From a virus (Duplodnaviria > Caudoviricetes): a stretch of DNA of 36,524 nt. A model generated the notes under the pieces. It was not told where the DNA came from. It saw only the letters and a list, made by a program, of their open reading frames with translations, and ran no database searches. The stretch is from the IMG/VR virus record IMGVR_UViG_3300012667_000174, positions 1-36,524 of that record, one strand, 5' to 3'. The position numbers and the translations under genes were made by a program. Shown piece by piece: positions 1-9,195 of the stretch (within the stretch, counting starts at the first letter, position 1; every line of letters begins with the position of its first letter).

Positions 1-55
1 CATTAAGTAAGGCTCTGCTTCTGCTAGTGTTGCGTACAATAACGCATCAGGATAG
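1..55. repeat. 55-bp terminal direct repeat (copy 1); circular assembly overlap
   Basis: Bases 1-55 (cattaagtaa...tcaggatag) are identical to 36470-36524, and an ORF reads through the junction. Confidence 0.97.
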
Positions 56-492
56 TTAGCTAGATATAAGTTACTTGATGTTGTTGATGAGATGAATGTT
101 GGTTCTGCGTAGTACAACAACTGTAGGACTTTAGAACTATCAGGCGTTGGTGCAAACTGAAACTCATAACCGATAATAGTGTAGTAGTAAGGTAAGCCTG
201 ATGTTGTTGTTAGTAAGTCACGGAAGAACTTGTCAGGACTCTCATACTCTAACGTGATAGGTGGGTTGCCTTGAAAGTGCATCTCACGCATCTCTAAGAA
301 GTCAGTAGGAATCTCTACTGTGCCATCTGTAGCAGTTGTAGTCACGACTTTTAGCATCTCACGAGTACGTAAATCACGACTTAATCGTTGTTGAGCTAAC
401 ATGACGAATGTCGGTATTACACTTGTCAAGTCACTACGAGCAAGATAACTCTCAACCGTAGAAACTAGGTCATTGTAAGTTGCTAAAGCCAT
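1..492 (-). CDS. Head-tail adaptor-like virion protein, 5' part (continues across the circular junction; 202 aa total)
   Basis: ATG at 492, manual translation MALATYNDLVSTVESYLARSDLTSVIPTFV...YPDALLYATLAEAEPYLM; open through the junction to TAA at 36353. Lies between head and tail genes. Confidence 0.75.
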   Translation of the reverse strand, partial: MALATYNDLVSTVESYLARSDLTSVIPTFVMLAQQRLSRDLRTREMLKVVTTTATDGTVEIPTDFLEMREMHFQGNPPITLEYESPDKFFRDLLTTTSGLPYYYTIIGYEFQFAPTPDSSKVLQLLYYAEPTFISSTTSSNLYLANYPDALLYATLAEAEPYLM

Positions 493-494
493 AT

Positions 495-1007
495 TTAATC
501 CTTATATTTAACTAATACCACTATCCCATTGTTCATTGCTAGATGTCTTACAATGTCAAATCTATTTGACAATTTACGTTCCCACCATTCCCAAGGTTCT
601 TGAGTTAAGTGAGCATTACGACCATCAGGTAAAATCTTTTGTGCTGCACCTGTATGTATAGTAAAGAACCCAAGTCTTTTAACTAAACGCTTTAAATCGT
701 CTAGCACATCATCTAAACATTCAGGTTCTATATGCTCTAACACATCAATACAAGTAACAAACTCACAAGGACTAGGAGTATCTGACCACAAAGGATTGCT
801 AGGTTCGTAAGGCGTATAGTCTACTTTACTTTTTATACTATCTCTTAAACGGCATTTCCCTGCGCCATAATCCAATAACTCTGCGAGTTGGTTATCTTGT
901 ATCACCTTGTCTACTAAAGGTGCGTAAAACGTGCTAGCGATGCCGTAATTGGCATCCTTATGCAAATCTGATTGCATCTGACGGTACTCATCAGTAATTA
1001 AGCTCAT
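495..1007 (-). CDS. Class I SAM-dependent methyltransferase
   Basis: Motif I LLDYGAGKC and VTCIDVLEHIEP; coupled to the upstream TPR-glycosyltransferase by a 4-nt overlap. Confidence 0.85.
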   Translation of the reverse strand: MSLITDEYRQMQSDLHKDANYGIASTFYAPLVDKVIQDNQLAELLDYGAGKCRLRDSIKSKVDYTPYEPSNPLWSDTPSPCEFVTCIDVLEHIEPECLDDVLDDLKRLVKRLGFFTIHTGAAQKILPDGRNAHLTQEPWEWWERKLSNRFDIVRHLAMNNGIVVLVKYKD

Positions 1008-2332
1008 AATTGCTTCTCTACTCTACGAATAACATCAATCCACTCTGCGTTATCTTGGTAAATCAATCTCATGTGACGATACCAAGGCATACTAGGTTGT
1101 GCATATCGCCATTGATGACGTTTTGGCACTAAACACCATGTATTTACACCTAAAGCAGCAGCACAATGTTGAGCAGTAGTAGGAACACCAACAACCATGT
1201 CTAATTCAGCAATTAAAGCAGCTAAATCATCGTAGTTTTCTGTGTTTTCTGCACATTCAGGATAGTAAATACCCTCAATCTTGTCCTCAACTGTATAGTC
1301 AAGCGATACAAGTTGTATATCTTTGCGTTTTAACAAAGGTTTTAAGTCATCTTCAGTCAGTTTACGACCTTTAGCATTGGTCATCTTACGACCACCATGA
1401 GTAGTAATGCCTATTGCACGTTTACCCCATGACTTAAACAGTTCGTTCCACTCTTTACGCTTCTCTGGGTCAGCTAAAAGGTAACTGCTACCAGGAAAAT
1501 CCTTATTTGTGTGTCTATAAAACTCAGGTAATCCACCAATTGCACATCTAGCATCTATTTCAGCCCCTTCTACCCATTCAGGCATTGTATCTCTACGTGT
1601 GCCGTGAACTTCTGCATTAGGGAAGCTACGTTTAAACAGACTTTCTAAACGAGGGTCACAGTCAATGTAGACTTTGTTACTGTCTTTGATGGCATCGTTA
1701 ATACAAGAGGCATAGAAGATTTCATCTCCAAGTCCTTGCTCACCATAGATAACAAGGTTTCTGCCTTTGCTACCATTCCATCTAGTTTCGTCACCGTAAG
1801 TGTATTCTTTTCTGAATTTACCACCGAGAGATTTATTCCACTCATGCCAGCCCTCTTTCCATTCGCCCCTTGCTAAGTAACAATGAGCTAAATTTAATTG
1901 TGCATTTAAGTCAGTAGGTGAACAGTCTAAGGCACTTCTTGAAGCCTTCTCTGCATCATCCCATTGTGATAACTGTACTAGGGTTGCTGACATATTAGAG
2001 TAAGCCATAGCGTACTCAGGGTCTAATTCAGCAGATTTCATAAAGAACTTGATTGCATCATCGTACATCTCAAGTTCATGGCAAGCTCTACCTAATGAAG
2101 TCCATAAGGCTTTGTTACCAGGTTGTTCTTGTAAAGCTCTACGAAACATTTGGTATGCGAATACTGTACGTTCAGACATTAACCAGATGTAACCAAGGAA
2201 GTGCAGAGTTGCTGCATCATCAGGGTAGTATTCAAGTACCGTGTATATCAACGGCATTGCGTTTTCGTAGTCATCTGCTTCTATAAGCTGATGAATAGCT
2301 ATTTGACATTCTCTTAATTCGTTCTTATCCAT
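1004..2332 (-). CDS. TPR-repeat protein with C-terminal GT-B glycosyltransferase-like (GT9-like) domain
   Basis: Several N-terminal TPR repeats; EQGLGDEI motif; C-terminal DDLAALIAELDMVVGVPTTAQHCAAALG..W motif. Confidence 0.85.
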   Translation of the reverse strand: MDKNELRECQIAIHQLIEADDYENAMPLIYTVLEYYPDDAATLHFLGYIWLMSERTVFAYQMFRRALQEQPGNKALWTSLGRACHELEMYDDAIKFFMKSAELDPEYAMAYSNMSATLVQLSQWDDAEKASRSALDCSPTDLNAQLNLAHCYLARGEWKEGWHEWNKSLGGKFRKEYTYGDETRWNGSKGRNLVIYGEQGLGDEIFYASCINDAIKDSNKVYIDCDPRLESLFKRSFPNAEVHGTRRDTMPEWVEGAEIDARCAIGGLPEFYRHTNKDFPGSSYLLADPEKRKEWNELFKSWGKRAIGITTHGGRKMTNAKGRKLTEDDLKPLLKRKDIQLVSLDYTVEDKIEGIYYPECAENTENYDDLAALIAELDMVVGVPTTAQHCAAALGVNTWCLVPKRHQWRYAQPSMPWYRHMRLIYQDNAEWIDVIRRVEKQL

Positions 2333-2658
2333 TATTTCACCATCGCAGTCGTTACTTTGAGGTATGGATAACGTGTATTGATTGCGTTAATCAATTCTTT
2401 TGTTTGATTAGGATTATGTATATCAATCCCTTGCTTTAGTAATTCCATCTGAATCACAGGTGGGATAGTTGCGTAGTGTGCAAACTCATCTTTAACACCC
2501 TTCTTCCATGCTTCAGGGTCATTACGTTTTTGCTGTAATGCTTCAAAGAAAGCATCTAAATTCTGTGTACTTGTTAATCGTACATCTTCAGTTACAGGGT
2601 CATAATCAAACGTCTGTGTTACACCTGTTACTGGGTCATAATCAAAAAATACTGACAT
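2332..2658 (-). CDS. Hypothetical head-module protein
   Basis: 108-aa ORF with AAGGA RBS, in the late operon downstream of the capsid gene; duplicated FDYDPVT at the N-terminus. Confidence 0.7.
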   Translation of the reverse strand: MSVFFDYDPVTGVTQTFDYDPVTEDVRLTSTQNLDAFFEALQQKRNDPEAWKKGVKDEFAHYATIPPVIQMELLKQGIDIHNPNQTKELINAINTRYPYLKVTTAMVK

Positions 2659-2683
2659 GGTTATCCTTTAGAAAGAGGGGCAG

Positions 2684-2983
2684 TTATAATTTAACGTGGT
2701 CTTTAGATAGAAATGTTTTTAATCTGTGGCAATTAGCACATAGAGTTCTTAAATTATCTTGAGCGTTGTTTTGATGATTACCATCAATGTGGTCAACATC
2801 TAATTGGCATCTATGCAATGCAACAAATCCACAATTCTCACAATAATTTTTTTTATGTCTAGTGTACTTAGATTGATGGCATTGAGCGCAGATTGTTCTG
2901 TATTTACCAGAACCTTTATTCTGCACTTTATACACACCACATATCTTACACAGTCTATCTTTTAACACGTTAAGTTTTTCCAC
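2684..2983 (-). CDS. HNH endonuclease (putative free-standing homing endonuclease)
   Basis: CENCG...LDVDHIDGNHQNNAQDNLRTLCANCH motif; GTG start; more AT-rich than flanks by eye. Confidence 0.88.
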   Translation of the reverse strand: MEKLNVLKDRLCKICGVYKVQNKGSGKYRTICAQCHQSKYTRHKKNYCENCGFVALHRCQLDVDHIDGNHQNNAQDNLRTLCANCHRLKTFLSKDHVKL

Positions 2984-2997
2984 CCCTCTATTCTACA

Positions 2998-3951
2998 CTA
3001 TAGACCTACGTTTTGTACTTTAGCGTGAGCATCTGGGTTTTGTACAACCAAAGCGTATTCTGCTTGGATGAGCCATTTGCTTGAGTCACCAGTTTTAGCT
3101 AACTCTACTTTTTCCATTGGACGTAGTGATGCAAGACCAACATAACCTGGGTCTACGCACAATACAGCTTGGTCACGCATGAAGCGGTCAAGTTTAACTG
3201 TGTGGTTACCGAAGTCAGATACGTACACGTCAGCAGCACCAGTAATAGTAGCTTGTGTTGTACCTTGTACGTTGTTGAACTTAGTAGCGATACCAGCAAA
3301 GCTAGAGAAACGTGCTTTGTTAGTAGCTGACATCAAGATTAATGATGGCTCGCCACCGTCTGTCCATGCTAATTGCAATGCAGATTTCAAATCAGCTTCA
3401 ACGAATGTTACTTGTGTGCCGTCTGTAGGAGCAGCAACAGTACCGTTAGAGAAGCCAGGTGTTGTACCTGCTGTAGAACCTGTACCTAACACACGGTTAG
3501 TAATCCATGATTCAATACCAGCAGTTGAACGTGCAGTAGCAGCACCACCAGCAGAAGAAGCTTGGTTACGTACGATTGCATATTCCATGTCACGTTTAAG
3601 TTCTTTACCACCCTTCATCAATTGGTAAGCAACCTCAGATTTACGACCATATTTCTTAACGATGTCGTATGTACCAGAGATTTGAACTGTTTTACGTGAG
3701 ATTTGAGTGTAGTTACCCAAAACTGTTGTAGCAGATAAAGTAGCGAATGATGAATCGTCACCCTCGATACCTGTGTTAGTAGCAGCAGCAGCTAAAGCAT
3801 CTGTTTGCCATTGGTGGTAAGTTTGACCAGCAGTCATACGTTTTGCTAATGAAAGCAAAGGTGTATCTTCTGGTGAAATATCAAAAATTACATCTTCAAA
3901 AGACTCTGCAATACCCTTACCGGTATAGGTGTTGGTTGATGAAACAGCCAT
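2998..3951 (-). CDS. Major capsid protein (DUF5309/SU10-like family)
   Basis: ESFEDVIFDISPEDTP, HQWQTDAL, NYTQISRKTVQISGT, ELKRDME and LAKTGDS motifs; follows the scaffold gene. Confidence 0.92.
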   Translation of the reverse strand: MAVSSTNTYTGKGIAESFEDVIFDISPEDTPLLSLAKRMTAGQTYHQWQTDALAAAATNTGIEGDDSSFATLSATTVLGNYTQISRKTVQISGTYDIVKKYGRKSEVAYQLMKGGKELKRDMEYAIVRNQASSAGGAATARSTAGIESWITNRVLGTGSTAGTTPGFSNGTVAAPTDGTQVTFVEADLKSALQLAWTDGGEPSLILMSATNKARFSSFAGIATKFNNVQGTTQATITGAADVYVSDFGNHTVKLDRFMRDQAVLCVDPGYVGLASLRPMEKVELAKTGDSSKWLIQAEYALVVQNPDAHAKVQNVGL

Positions 3952-3962
3952 GTTTATTCCCC

Positions 3963-4964
3963 TTAAATCATATCTTCAATTAGTTTTTGTGCTAAATCAG
4001 ATTTGCCAGTTTTGCGTAATTGGTCACGCACTTGACGTTTAGCTGATGTAGCTTCCTGTTTTGTATCTTTAGCACCTGGCTTAACGACAGGTTTAGCTTG
4101 TGATACTTTGTTCTTTACAACCGAATTAGATTGCAACTTGCGCCATTGCATCGCATCATGTAAGACCTTTACGTGACGAGGGTCAACAATCATACCGAGT
4201 TCGTCATCAGTAAATCCGTATTCTTTGCCTGTTGAGATAATTGCTTGGCTGGTATCTCTACTCCAATTGGGTATCTCTTTAGCTAGAATCTCTTTACCTT
4301 TGGCAATTCGCTCTTGTACTGATTGCGCTTGCTGTGCTTGCAACTGCTGTTGTTTCTGACTTAAATCGTCAGCTACTTTGCTACGTTGCTGTTGTAGTTG
4401 GTTATATGTAAAGAATAGTTTTTGCGCTTCTACAAAGTCCGTATCAGACAACTCTTGCCAATTGACGTCATTAAACTGTGCAAGTTGATTGTCGATATTC
4501 GTTAGTTGCGCTACTTCACTAATTAGAGCTTGATTGAGCTGTAACGCTTCATTGAATTTCTGCTCTTGGACTTGGATAGTCTGAGCATATTCTTCTAATG
4601 CTTTACGTTGTTCTGCTACTTCTTGCGTCTTTTTCGTGTAGTCTAATCCTTGCTGTGCAAGGGCGATGACTTCATCTAGTGGCTTCTCAAGTTCCTCACC
4701 ATTTACTTTAAGTCTGACAGATTTAGGCTGCTCGTTTTCAGAGTCCTCTGATTCATCATCCTTCTCAGCTTCAGGCTCCTCATCTTCTGTATCATCATCA
4801 GTTTCCTGTGATTCTTCAGTTTCAGATTCTTCCAGTTCTTCAGTATCTTCCACATCGTCTAGTTGCTCCTCAATCGCTTGTAATGCTTCTTGCTCTTCAG
4901 GAACTTCATCTAGCATAGCCATCAATTTCTCTTGTGGCGACTGCTCTAAGGCTTGGTCACTCAT
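3963..4964 (-). CDS. Capsid scaffolding protein
   Basis: Acidic N-terminus, KVNGEE...DYTKKTQEVAEQRK motif, coiled coil; directly upstream of the capsid gene. Confidence 0.85.
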   Translation of the reverse strand: MSDQALEQSPQEKLMAMLDEVPEEQEALQAIEEQLDDVEDTEELEESETEESQETDDDTEDEEPEAEKDDESEDSENEQPKSVRLKVNGEELEKPLDEVIALAQQGLDYTKKTQEVAEQRKALEEYAQTIQVQEQKFNEALQLNQALISEVAQLTNIDNQLAQFNDVNWQELSDTDFVEAQKLFFTYNQLQQQRSKVADDLSQKQQQLQAQQAQSVQERIAKGKEILAKEIPNWSRDTSQAIISTGKEYGFTDDELGMIVDPRHVKVLHDAMQWRKLQSNSVVKNKVSQAKPVVKPGAKDTKQEATSAKRQVRDQLRKTGKSDLAQKLIEDMI

Positions 4965-4989
4965 TGTATTACTCCATAATTATGGACAT

Positions 4990-5013
4990 AAAAAAAGCCC
5001 ACCTAAGTGAGCT
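4990..5013 (-). terminator. Intrinsic terminator upstream of the scaffold gene
   Basis: Minus strand AGCTCAC-TTAG-GTGGGCT followed by a T-run. Confidence 0.75.
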
Positions 5014-5033
5014 TCTTTCTTTGGGTTTGTCCG

Positions 5034-5297
5034 TTACCCAAATAATTTACGCTTATCTGATGTTTGTATCGCTGCCATCTTGCCAGTTACTACAACGTCT
5101 TTTAAGCTCTTTTCTATTTGATTTAATAGTTGCATAGCAATCACTAGACGATTGTGCGTTTCTGCATCGCCTAATGCGCTTATAGACATACTATTGATGA
5201 TTCCTTCACGTACTTTTGTAATAGCTTCCTTAAATAAAGGATTTTCTAATACTTCGTTAGCACGTTCACCACGTTTAATCTCAGAAAGTTGTTCCAT
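5034..5297 (-). CDS. Small helical protein between portal and scaffold (Bbp19-like position)
   Basis: 87 aa, RGERANEVLENPLFKEA; typical position in this type of head module. Confidence 0.65.
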   Translation of the reverse strand: MEQLSEIKRGERANEVLENPLFKEAITKVREGIINSMSISALGDAETHNRLVIAMQLLNQIEKSLKDVVVTGKMAAIQTSDKRKLFG

Positions 5298-7275
5298 ATC
5301 CTGCTTGTGCCTTTATTTGAGCGATTGCCAAATCAGTTTCAGCTTTGAGTTGAGCTTTAAATCTTTCTAGCTCTGCTTGCGCTGCAATCTTTTCACGCTC
5401 AATAAGTATATCATTTTGTGAACGAACTTGCTCTTGTTTCAACTGAGCATCAGCTTTCTGTTGTTCAATAGCCAATTGACCTTGAATCATCACCTCAGCT
5501 TCAGATGGTTGGTCTTGTTGCTCACCTTGTGGGTTTTCCATAGGGTTAGTCCAGAACTCCTCAGGATTCTTGAACCCTGCGTTCTGTGTCAACTTAGCCA
5601 AAGCATTGTAAATCTTCTCAGTCGATGTAATGCCAGCAGGTAACGCTTCTTTCTGCATAGCAATGATGTTATTCAAGTGAATCATCTGTTGGTCTTTATT
5701 ACCAGCACCTAAGCCTACAGAGATAGACAAGTCATTACGATTCTTCCACTCACGAGGGTCAACATCTACCCACTTGTTACGTAAGCGTACGATGTCAGGT
5801 TTAGTGTATTGTGTACGAACTAAACGATGTACTAACTTGAATAAGTCTTTAACACCTGTTTCAGCAAAGGTACGTGCAACTAATTCTAAGCGTTGCTGTG
5901 ATGCGTTCATCACTTGGGTAATACCAGTAGCTGTCTTGTTAAGAGAATTGCTGTCTAAGCCTTGATTGTAAGCTGTAACACCTGTGCGTTTCTCTTTCAT
6001 AGAGTCCATGTACTCAACCATGCCAAATGATGAGGCAGGTAAAGGTGGATGACTCAATGGCATAATAGCTGTGCCAGGTTCACCTTCTACACGAACAATA
6101 CCACCAGGACGGCTTGTAAGCATATCGTCTAGGTTTACTCGTGAGCTAATAGCATAACGACCATTGTTAGCTAGGTACATATTGTCTAGCTGACCACGTA
6201 GCAATGTAGACTTAATCAACTGGATGTCCATAGTCAAGTCTGAGTATGAACGACCAATGTGGCGATGTGGCATAATCATTGGAGTAATGCAAGCAAACGG
6301 AATAATGTCTGCCTTCTCTTTTAGTACGATTGTGTTACCAATCACTACATAACGCATTAACTCACCATCAGCACGTAAGTATGTATCACGTACTAAGATG
6401 TTAGAACCTTCTACTACACGGTCATATTCTTCATCGTAGATGTCACGAGCAATAGCTTCTAATTGATACGCTTCGTTAGTTTCAGCAAAGATAGAGTCCA
6501 TCTTAGTCTTGCTAATACCAAACGCTTCAGCAGCAGCATCACGGCTCATAATCTCACGGTGTTGTACAAAGCGAGAATCAAACAATGATGGGCTAGATGT
6601 ATCAACTGAAATCATCATGTTCTCAGGTGCTACGTTATCAATACAAATCTTATCTTTGTATTCTGTTACTTTAATCTTAACGTCATGCAACTGTGGTGTA
6701 GGAGGCAAAGGTTGACCAGTCATCATAGACTGTGCAATTGCTTCTTCAGGATTAAATGATGGGTCTGTGTAAGCTGTGTGGTTTAACACTTCTACGTTGT
6801 CACCTTGTACAAGCATAGATAGCTGACCATCAGTCAAGCCTGTGTATTCTTCTTCGTCTACTTCTTTGTAGTTCTCGTAGTAAACCTTAACGTAACCATT
6901 CTTAGACATCAAAGCATCTTTAAACCATACGTAGAATACTTTATAGCCTTCGTTCTTTTCCATCACTACATGATTGACGTAGTCTGTTTCTTGTTCAGCA
7001 CCTTCTACATCTTCTGCGTTCTTAGGTGTGAACTCTACAACCTTATCACCAGATACAAAGACTTTAAGCAATTGAGGCAAAGCAGACTCAATCGTGTCTT
7101 GTACATCCATAGATATAACTTGTGAGCGACCTTCTACCTCGTTGCCAAAGTTCTCGCCTAAGTAGTAGTCAATAGCCAATGCTCTATCATCAGACAAAGC
7201 AGAGTCATTGATGCCGTAAGCAATCTGCTCCTCTTGCACGATTCTGTAAAGTATTTCGCTGTCTGATAACTTCAT
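5281..7275 (-). CDS. Portal protein (P22-like, with C-terminal coiled-coil barrel)
   Basis: 664 aa after TerL; GRSQVISMDVQDTIE, WFKDALMSKNGYVKV and RTGVTAYNQGLD motifs. Confidence 0.93.
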   Translation of the reverse strand: MKLSDSEILYRIVQEEQIAYGINDSALSDDRALAIDYYLGENFGNEVEGRSQVISMDVQDTIESALPQLLKVFVSGDKVVEFTPKNAEDVEGAEQETDYVNHVVMEKNEGYKVFYVWFKDALMSKNGYVKVYYENYKEVDEEEYTGLTDGQLSMLVQGDNVEVLNHTAYTDPSFNPEEAIAQSMMTGQPLPPTPQLHDVKIKVTEYKDKICIDNVAPENMMISVDTSSPSLFDSRFVQHREIMSRDAAAEAFGISKTKMDSIFAETNEAYQLEAIARDIYDEEYDRVVEGSNILVRDTYLRADGELMRYVVIGNTIVLKEKADIIPFACITPMIMPHRHIGRSYSDLTMDIQLIKSTLLRGQLDNMYLANNGRYAISSRVNLDDMLTSRPGGIVRVEGEPGTAIMPLSHPPLPASSFGMVEYMDSMKEKRTGVTAYNQGLDSNSLNKTATGITQVMNASQQRLELVARTFAETGVKDLFKLVHRLVRTQYTKPDIVRLRNKWVDVDPREWKNRNDLSISVGLGAGNKDQQMIHLNNIIAMQKEALPAGITSTEKIYNALAKLTQNAGFKNPEEFWTNPMENPQGEQQDQPSEAEVMIQGQLAIEQQKADAQLKQEQVRSQNDILIEREKIAAQAELERFKAQLKAETDLAIAQIKAQAGYGTTF

Positions 7276-8531
7276 TAGACTATCCCTTGTGTGCTATATT
7301 TAATTTTATCTATTCCGCCCCATGCTTCGTTCTTCATTTGGTCGATAGATGTTGCCATGTATCTGAAAGCATCTGCTCCATGAGAGTATTCATCATGTAA
7401 AGGTGCGCCAGGTTCTTGTGTGTTTCCGTTAATACTACGTCTATAGTGCTTTAAACAATCAACTAAACGATTAGCTGACTTATCAAAGTAACAACGATGG
7501 AAGTTCATACGTGTAATCTTAATGCCTGACTCAATGTCAGCAATAGGAACAATACGTGTGTCCCAACCTTGCTTACGCATAATATCTTCAGCAGAGATGC
7601 CATACTTGAAGTCTTTAGTTCTACCATCATGTGGTAAGAACATCTGACCCCAGTTATAGTTTAACGCTCTAAGCTCGCTAGAATAACTGTCAAGCGTTCT
7701 ATGATTGTCCTCAATATATCCAATAATCCGAACATCAGAAACCCCACGCTGACATAAGATAACAGACATAGAATCATTCCAGCCCAAATCCATAACGACA
7801 TGAACTTTAAGCATAGGGTCGTAAGGGACTGTAGTAATCCTGCCATGCTCTTGTGCTTCCCTAATTTCATTACTATAAATAGCCCCATCCACAGCAGCTT
7901 TGCATTCACCAAGCCAAATGTTCTTGTAGTCAGGGTTGTGCGCTAAACTGTGTAAGCGTTCATCTTCCAATACCTGTGGAAACCAAGGATTGTCATTGTA
8001 GTTTACTTTAACTACATGAGCGTTCTCTGGTGGATTGACTACGAATCGTTGGTAAGTGTCATCAGTATCTACATCAGGATTAAAGCTAATCCATATCTCT
8101 GAATCAGGCTTACGTACAGTAGGAATAAGAATATCCCATGAGCGTTTAGATACTGTCTGAGCTTCTTCTACCCATACAATGTCTACACCCTCAAAAGACT
8201 TAATAGACTCTACTGTGTTAGTTGCTAGACCTGCAAAGCTAATCTGTGTTCCGTTCTGTCCTCTAATCTCTGATTCTAATATCTCATAGAAAGCACCTAA
8301 GCCTAATGCTTGGATTTGGTCAGAGAGTAATTGGTGTACAGATTGCTTAATAGACTTTTGAACCTCACGAGCGCATAGGATACGTAATGTCCTATTAGCA
8401 CCTTGTAAGATTAATGCCCTAGCAAAAGACCATGACTTACCTGAGCCTCGACCACCATACGCTACTTTGTAACGATGAGGAGAGAATAGGAACTCTAGCT
8501 TACTCGGAAACTGTGCTTGTGGGAGTAACAA
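7275..8531 (-). CDS. terL: Terminase large subunit (PBSX family)
   Basis: Walker A YGGRGSGKS, Walker B VWVEEAQ, SFNP, nuclease motifs DLGWND and SHGADAFRY. Confidence 0.96.
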   Translation of the reverse strand: MLLPQAQFPSKLEFLFSPHRYKVAYGGRGSGKSWSFARALILQGANRTLRILCAREVQKSIKQSVHQLLSDQIQALGLGAFYEILESEIRGQNGTQISFAGLATNTVESIKSFEGVDIVWVEEAQTVSKRSWDILIPTVRKPDSEIWISFNPDVDTDDTYQRFVVNPPENAHVVKVNYNDNPWFPQVLEDERLHSLAHNPDYKNIWLGECKAAVDGAIYSNEIREAQEHGRITTVPYDPMLKVHVVMDLGWNDSMSVILCQRGVSDVRIIGYIEDNHRTLDSYSSELRALNYNWGQMFLPHDGRTKDFKYGISAEDIMRKQGWDTRIVPIADIESGIKITRMNFHRCYFDKSANRLVDCLKHYRRSINGNTQEPGAPLHDEYSHGADAFRYMATSIDQMKNEAWGGIDKIKYSTQGIV

Positions 8532-8811
8532 AGACTAATCCTATGTTTGTTGGGTTACCTTCACCGTCTACAGTACTAATCTCTTGTTTAGCTACTGCCT
8601 TGCCTTCAAAACGGTCAAATACAAATTCTACAGCCCATCTCTCGCCCTCTGCGAAAGCATCAGCTATCTTCTCTACACCTAAACGCATCTTTAATCTGTC
8701 GTCAGCGTGTAAAGCAGCGTGTAATAAGGCTGATAGTTGTGACCCCTTACCGGCATTGTTATTGCCTAGTGGTGCGCCTCTTTTGTTTATATTTGTATTT
8801 TCTGTATCCAT
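8500..8811 (-). CDS. terS: Terminase small subunit (putative)
   Basis: GAPLGNNNA motif and DRFEGKA; overlaps the start of terL. Confidence 0.75.
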   Translation of the reverse strand: MDTENTNINKRGAPLGNNNAGKGSQLSALLHAALHADDRLKMRLGVEKIADAFAEGERWAVEFVFDRFEGKAVAKQEISTVDGEGNPTNIGLVFVTPTSTVSE

Positions 8812-8851
8812 TTGATTTATATGACTCCGTGTAGGTTGGTCACTCTCTTTG

Positions 8852-9187
8852 TTATGCTTTGTTCATTGAAGGTGCGTTAAAGTTAAATCCTAATACTCCG
8901 CCTGTCTGTTGACCTTGAGATGGAGATAAGAATCGTCCTGCACCATAAGAGTTATTCATTGCTATAGGTGCTTGTGTTTGTGGTGCTGTGTATAGAGCTG
9001 ATAGGTATGGCATCAATTGATTGATAGAAGGTACATTAACATTCTTAGATGCTGCATCAGCACGTGCAATCATTTCTGCTACCATAGAAGGTTGTACAGG
9101 TTCAGGCTTAGGTTGCATTTGACTTAATAGTTGAGAAAATGGATTGTATCCATACATCCCATTATATTGATTAGCACCGATACCCAT
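8852..9187 (-). CDS. Hypothetical low-complexity (Q/N/P/M-rich) late protein
   Basis: 111-aa ORF co-directional within the late operon. Confidence 0.6.
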   Translation of the reverse strand: MGIGANQYNGMYGYNPFSQLLSQMQPKPEPVQPSMVAEMIARADAASKNVNVPSINQLMPYLSALYTAPQTQAPIAMNNSYGAGRFLSPSQGQQTGGVLGFNFNAPSMNKA

Positions 9188-9195
9188 AATAGCCC

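Noticed and set aside
1-55. 55-bp end repeat as a biological terminal repeat or att site
   Set aside because: It falls mid-gene and its length matches a common assembler k-mer, so it is best explained as circular overlap.
495-1007. Methyltransferase as a DNA methylase of a restriction-modification system
   Set aside because: It lacks DPPY/NPPY or PCQ catalytic motifs, is small, and resembles small-molecule or sugar methyltransferases.
3179-3628. 149-aa plus-strand ORF and similar antisense ORFs (4666, 8432, 21389, 25915, 31026, 32939, 35820; minus-strand 16255)
   Set aside because: These are shadows of real genes on the opposite strand, with no RBS or recognisable motifs.
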